Part shown: in pieces, positions 57,719 through 64,000 of the stretch | Numbering within the stretch: position 1 is the first letter of the stretch | Layout of the letters: each line of letters starts with the position of its first letter | From: the human T2T-CHM13v2.0 reference genome, Homo sapiens | DNA length: 64,000 nucleotides | Reading direction: 5' to 3' (one strand) | NCBI RefSeq assembly: GCF_009914755.1 | Contig: NC_060940.1 | Notes under the pieces: generated by a model | The model's database searches: none | Told to the model about the DNA's origin: nothing | The model's input: the letters and a program-made list of their open reading frames with translations, nothing else | Translations under genes and position numbers: made by a program

Positions 57719-60527
57719 GTCAAAACTGGCCTGAAAGAAAAGGCTTACAAGTTTTTAAAGTTTTAAAGTTAAAAAAAACCCATTTCATGATGTCCATAAT
57801 TATTACTATAAATAATAATAAAAGTCCTTAGATAGTTTGAAATAAATTTTAAGAGATATGAATCAACCTAACCCAATGGGCATTCATTTGCATTTTAAGC
57901 AGAAGACAGCAATTCACTACAGTGCCTTCGAGAATTGGACCTCTTTTAAATATCATGTAGCAAAATATAAAATATATTCGGAGGAAAAGAGATCACAATA
58001 CCACGTGGTAGAGCCTCTATCATCGAGAAGTAATAAATTAAAGTGTCTGAGGAAAATGTTCCCAATGCACACCCAGTTTTTAAACATCAACAATTAATTG
58101 TTACACACAATTAAAAATATGGAGCAGAGAGCATGGAGAGTCACATACATATTTTCCATCTTATATACATTCTCAAAAAGGAATTGCTTAACCTTTGTAG
58201 ATATTGCACTTTGACTCATTCATGTGTAGCTCAAACTAGCATTTTTCAGAGCTACATGTTTAAAAAATAAATAAATAAATATATATATATATATATTCAG
58301 TATAGGTAGCCTTTGGTCAATGTCCATTCATAAGGGGGTGTAGTGGCGTTGCATCACACACACATTTAATGAACACATGTTCAATTACACGTGCTTGGCA
58401 AAAAAGAGACAGAGAGAAATGCAATTTAAGGGAGGTGAGGGAATCTGCTTACCATTCCACTCAATGAGCATACGCCCTGGGGAGCGTGGGAGATGGGAGA
58501 TCTGTCCCTCAGTCAGACGACTTCCATGAACTTCTTTGAGTGGAAGCATCTTGATGCACCAGGGTGGTCCTAATGTTCTCAGATACATTAGAATCACACA
58601 ATGTGGTCCCTAAATGAGAGCCAATTCTGTCTTGTCATCAACCAGAGAAACAGCAACTTGTTCCAATGCTAGAGAAAAACTTAGCTGTGTTAGGTTTTGA
58701 AAGCAATGGAATATAATCTCCAACATGGCTCTTTTTTGAGGATCTTTTGCAAAGGTAACTTTGGCTCTGTAAGGTTTTATCTTTTGCACTGACTTTAGAA
58801 TCTAATCCTTGGCTCTGATGAGATTCTATTGCGATCCTTTAAAAGGGGTAAGAATTAGGATCATCAGGACTAATATGACCTAAGTTTGTATTGAGTTAGT
58901 ATTGAGAGCATTGGCTGAAGTTTAGGGTTTGTGTTGCCATGGGGCCTTTTCTTATCCCATTCATTTATTGCAAATTCCCTTAAAAAAGATAGACATGTCT
59001 TCCAACTTAGGGACAAAATGCAGTAAAAATCCAGCCTGAGGAACTAAATATTCCAGGTGGACTGTCTGCCGTTTTTTGGTCACCAAAAATGTCATGCAAT
59101 TTCAAAGTCAGTTTGGCAAATTTATTCCAAAACAGGGATGAATTCGAATACTGGGAATCTGAGGGAGAAGTTAAAAAAAAAAGAAGAAAAAAGAAACACT
59201 AAATAAGACGAATATAATCATGTGTGTGTGTGTGCTGCACACATAAGTAGCAATTTCCAGGGATGCCCCTATTCATTACATCCTAGAAATGTTCTTGCCT
59301 TGGACAGGCAAGGGTAGAATAAATAAACACACTTATATTTTATCATTTTACAAAGGATCTGGGTTAAATAGCTTTACCAAGAACTGGCACCACCCTTTTG
59401 AGCCATGTGCGTCAAAGGGCAGACGAGGCGTCAGCATGGGCACCTTTTGTGTCTGCGTTTGTGGCGAAATGGCAGCGCCAGCTGGGCTGTGAGACAGAGC
59501 TGAGAACACCTCCTCTCATACCCGCAGAGCTGCAGTTCCTGACCCTTGAATATTAAATTCAGTTCGGAAGTCACTTCAAATAAAACAATTTGGTGAGGGC
59601 CTCAGCAAGCAAGGAGGCAGGGTTGGCAACTTGACACGTAAAAAGGCTTCTCTAGGAAGCTGGAGTGATACCATAACAAGAAGCAATTTTGAGTAACGGG
59701 ATCGTATGCAGCTGACACAGGGATGGGTTGAAACAATGGCAAGTGTGGGCTTATTTTTTTGTTTTTCTGGGCTCGAGAATTCCTCCTTTCCCCCTGCGCA
59801 CCAGGCAGGGTCTTTGTTTTGGAGGAGATAGAGAAAATCTATACATAATGATAAATAGAAAACTGCCTTTTAGACCCCAGGTTTGAGGTCACAGCTATGC
59901 GGGTTTGGAGATTTCCTGAAGAAGCTCTGGCCACAGTTTGGATGGGATCCAATACTCTTCTATTCCCACAGTGTCATTCTGAAGCTAGGAGTGCCAGAGC
60001 CAATTCAAGACCACAACCCTCTCTAGGACAAAGGGCACCTTGAAAAAAATCCTGAAATAGTCATTATTGTTAGCTCCTGGGAACAGCAGAGGGAAGTGAT
60101 GAATGACCTCAGCTCTCGGAAGAAGAGTGCAGGCTCAGCTATGTGCTACTGGGGCTTGGTAAGTCCCATAAATGAAGGGTTCCCAGTGACTGTGGATGGT
60201 ACCAGGGCGAAATCACAGACTACTTCTCTACTTTGTGTCCTAACTGGTCACAGGATGATGACACAAGCTCCAATGGCATCTTCAAACTGGTAGGAGCTTT
60301 TGCTGTCATTACGACTCTGTGGAAATAAATGCATAAGTAAAAACAAGCTTCATGCTCTCCTTTCTTCTCTTCCATCTCTTCTCATCTACCAGTCTGAGAA
60401 TTGCCCAGTCTGCGGGAGACAGGAAATCGGATTAGCACTCTTAAGGAGAGCTGCTCAGCCATAGGATGGGACACCTTCCCATCTGGAAATGGATTAGACA
60501 GAGGCAGTAGTTGCCACACCTATGGAA

Positions 60528-61529
<1,002 letters not shown>

Positions 61530-61663
61530 CTAGGCATATGTTTATTTTGCACTCCCATGGAAGTGAAAATGATTGAATCAATGCTTTTGAGGGACAACCT
61601 CAGCATTACAAATAGCACCTCATACAATTAGTGGATACTATTTTAAAGTTATGCTTATATTCT

Positions 61664-62184
61664 AACACAACCATGAGAGGTGGTGCCTCCATTCTCCTCA
61701 TCTTAGAAGTGAAACTGGGGCTCTGAGAGCCTCACACAGCCATGAGAGGTGGTGCCGCCATTCTCCTCACACAACCATGAGTGGTGTTGCCGCCATTCTC
61801 CTCACACAACAATGAGAGGTGGTGCCACCATTCTCCTCACACAACCGTGAGAGGCGATGCTGCCATTATCCTCATCTTAGGAATGAAGCTGGGGCTCTGA
61901 GAGCCTCACACAACCGTGGGAGGTGGTGTTGCCATTCTCCTCACACAACCATGGAAGGTGGTGGTGCCATTCTCCTCACACAACCATGAGAGGTGATGCC
62001 GCCATTCTCTTCACACAACCGTGAGAGGTGGTGCCGCCATTCTCCTCACACAACCGTGAGAGGCGATGCTGCCATTATCCTCATCTTAGGAATGAAGCTG
62101 GGGCTCTGAGAGCCTCACACAACCATGAGAGTTGGTGTTGCCATTCTCCTCATCTTAGAAATGAAACTGGGGCTCTGAGAGCTT
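61664..62184. repeat. MIR-derived compound minisatellite (11 x 35-bp unit A + 4 x 34-bp unit B)
   Basis: Manual parse A B AAAA B AAAAA B A B = 521 bp. Confidence 0.95.
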
Positions 62185-62629
62185 AAGCAACTTGCTTAGA
62201 GCTACACAGTTAATAATTCATGGTGATAGGATCCCCTGATCCCAAATCTCATGCTTTTTCTTTTGTTCAGTTGCATGAAGAATATGGGGCTGAGGTGGCA
62301 TTTCCTGCTATATGTGTTCAGGAAAGAGACGGGACTATATAACCTCTTAAGAACCTCTTCAGAGCTTGGATTTTAGGACCTTTCCTTTTTAAGTAGATTT
62401 AAAATTGGAGGTGCAGAGAAGATCATGACCTTCAGATTAATTTAAAAGTAAATTACATTTGTTTTTGGAATAGGTAATCTACGTACATGCTACATAATCA
62501 AAAATAATAGCAAGGAAAAGTACATTTTCCTTCTACTCTTATTCTCCAATCATCAAAGTTCCCCTCCCTCAGGGAAATTACAGTTAATAAATAATCTATG
62601 CTTATATATGTCCATATAGTGTGCCTGCA

Positions 62630-62685
62630 TTAGGTTGGTGCAAAAGTAATTGGCAAAAACTGCAATTACTTTTGCACCAACCTAA
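62630..62685. mobile_element. MADE1 (Hsmar1 MITE) with internal deletion
   Basis: Perfect 23-bp inverted repeat TTAGGTTGGTGCAAAAGTAATTG. Confidence 0.93.
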
Positions 62686-63319
62686 TACATAGTTTTTGCA
62701 TAAACAGCAGCAATGTTTTATTTTTTGTGGGGTCAGATTTGTCTTGAAAATACATCTATATAATTTCTGATCAGTTTTTTTTTTTTTAAAAAAGTCTCCC
62801 TGAATTAAGCATATTTAGAAAGTCATTAGGGACTCACTCTGAAATGATATTCCAATGGATAATATCTAGAAATCATTCTACACATTTATTTTCATTCATT
62901 CTCACAGTCAACCCTGAAATTTGAACACCGATAATGCTATTTTGCAACCTAAGTTCTCAGAAAGCTTACATTCCTTGTCTGAGGTCCAGTGGCAGAGCTA
63001 GAATCCAGATCTCTCTCTCAGTCTCTCTCTGTCTCTCTTCCTTTCTTGGTAGCCATTTAAAATGTCATACAATAGTTCACATGTAAAAATTCTTATAATA
63101 AACACACCTGCAAAACCTGGTGTGCTCATCACTCAGATTTGATACATTTTAACATTTTGCCATATTTACTTCAGCTCTCTTTAAAGAAAGAAATGACACT
63201 ATAGATACAGTTGAAGTCTCCTCTGAAGAAGCTCTGTTCTCATTCTTTTCCATCTTCTTTCTCTAGAGGCAACCACCATGCTGCAGGCTGTGTGCAGTGT
63301 CCAGTGCCATGTCTGCATA

Positions 63320-63498
63320 TTCTTTCTTTCTTTCTTTTTCAGAGACCCGGTCTTGCTATGTTGCCCAGGCTGGAGTGCAGTGGCTATTCACAGATGCAAT
63401 CATGGTGCTTTACATCTTTGAACTCCAGGGCTCAAGTGACCCTTGCACCTTAGCCTCCTAAGTAGCTGGGACTACAGGTGCACATCACTGTGCCCAGC
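63320..63498 (-). mobile_element. FAM-like fossil Alu monomer within L1ME (~63050-64000)
   Basis: Single monomer retaining the 7SL-type segment GGCTATTCACAG absent from dimeric Alus. Confidence 0.75.
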
Positions 63499-64000
63499 CT
63501 TTTGCTTTCTTTTATACTGAAACTGCCATTCTATATACTGCTTTTGTCATTCAAAATTGTATTTTTGAGGCCCAGTTTTGTTGCTACGTGAAGATCTAGT
63601 TCACTCAATTGAATGACTACATAGCATTTTGCTGTAGGAACTTACTGATTTATTTATTTATTTATAATTTATTATATTAAATATGTTCATTCATTTAAAT
63701 TGGTTCCAGGATTTTGCTGTTATAAACCAAAGTTAATATCTTGACATGACTCTCCATGAGAAGTACTTATATATGAAAATTTCTCTGGGGTAATGTATAC
63801 ATGGAAGTGTATTTATTATGTTTTAGAGTATGTGCATCCTCATCTTTAACAGACACTGCTGAATTGCTTTGTAAAATTTTACTAATTTAGATTCCCAATA
63901 GCAGAATATGAGAATTCCAGTTGCTCCATATCCTCTCAGTATTACCAGTTTTTTTTTAAAGTCTATACTGTTCTTGTTCTTGTCCAAATCACTTGAAATA

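Larger units (their letters stand above)
57200..60527 (-). other. GPR139: Probable GPR139 3'UTR (distal end uncertain)
   Basis: Repeat-free ~3.3 kb after the stop codon. Minus-strand AATAAA at 59121-59126, 58964-58969, 57713-57718, 57343-57348, 57217-57222. Confidence 0.6.

Noticed and set aside
61664-62184. CRISPR-like appearance (35-bp repeats with 34-bp 'spacers')
   Set aside because: The 'spacers' are copies of one another, the repeats abut directly, both derive from MIR, and there are no cas genes in this eukaryotic DNA

Overview
Primate (almost certainly human) genomic DNA dominated by interspersed repeats (Alu, L1, L2, MIR, MaLR/ERV solo LTRs, hAT/Tc1-mariner relics). The only supportable protein-coding feature is the terminal coding exon of GPR139 (orphan class A GPCR, human chr16p) on the minus strand at 60528-61462. 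Its long 3'UTR runs leftwards to about 57.2 kb, and intron sequence occupies 61463-64000. The first ~57 kb is downstream intergenic DNA. I see no evidence of a new gene system, CRISPR array or RNA gene. The most unusual structures are: (1) a solo THE1 LTR bracketed by a 256-bp direct duplication instead of a 5-bp target-site duplication (TSD); (2) a 28-bp templated insertion copied from 1.9 kb upstream; (3) a two-monomer MIR-derived minisatellite 200 bp from the GPR139 splice acceptor; (4) a deletion-shortened MADE1 perfect hairpin in the intron; (5) a 10-bp-phased octamer-motif array. Repeat subfamily names are from recognition by eye and need RepeatMasker/Dfam confirmation. Boundaries of old repeats without TSDs are approximate.
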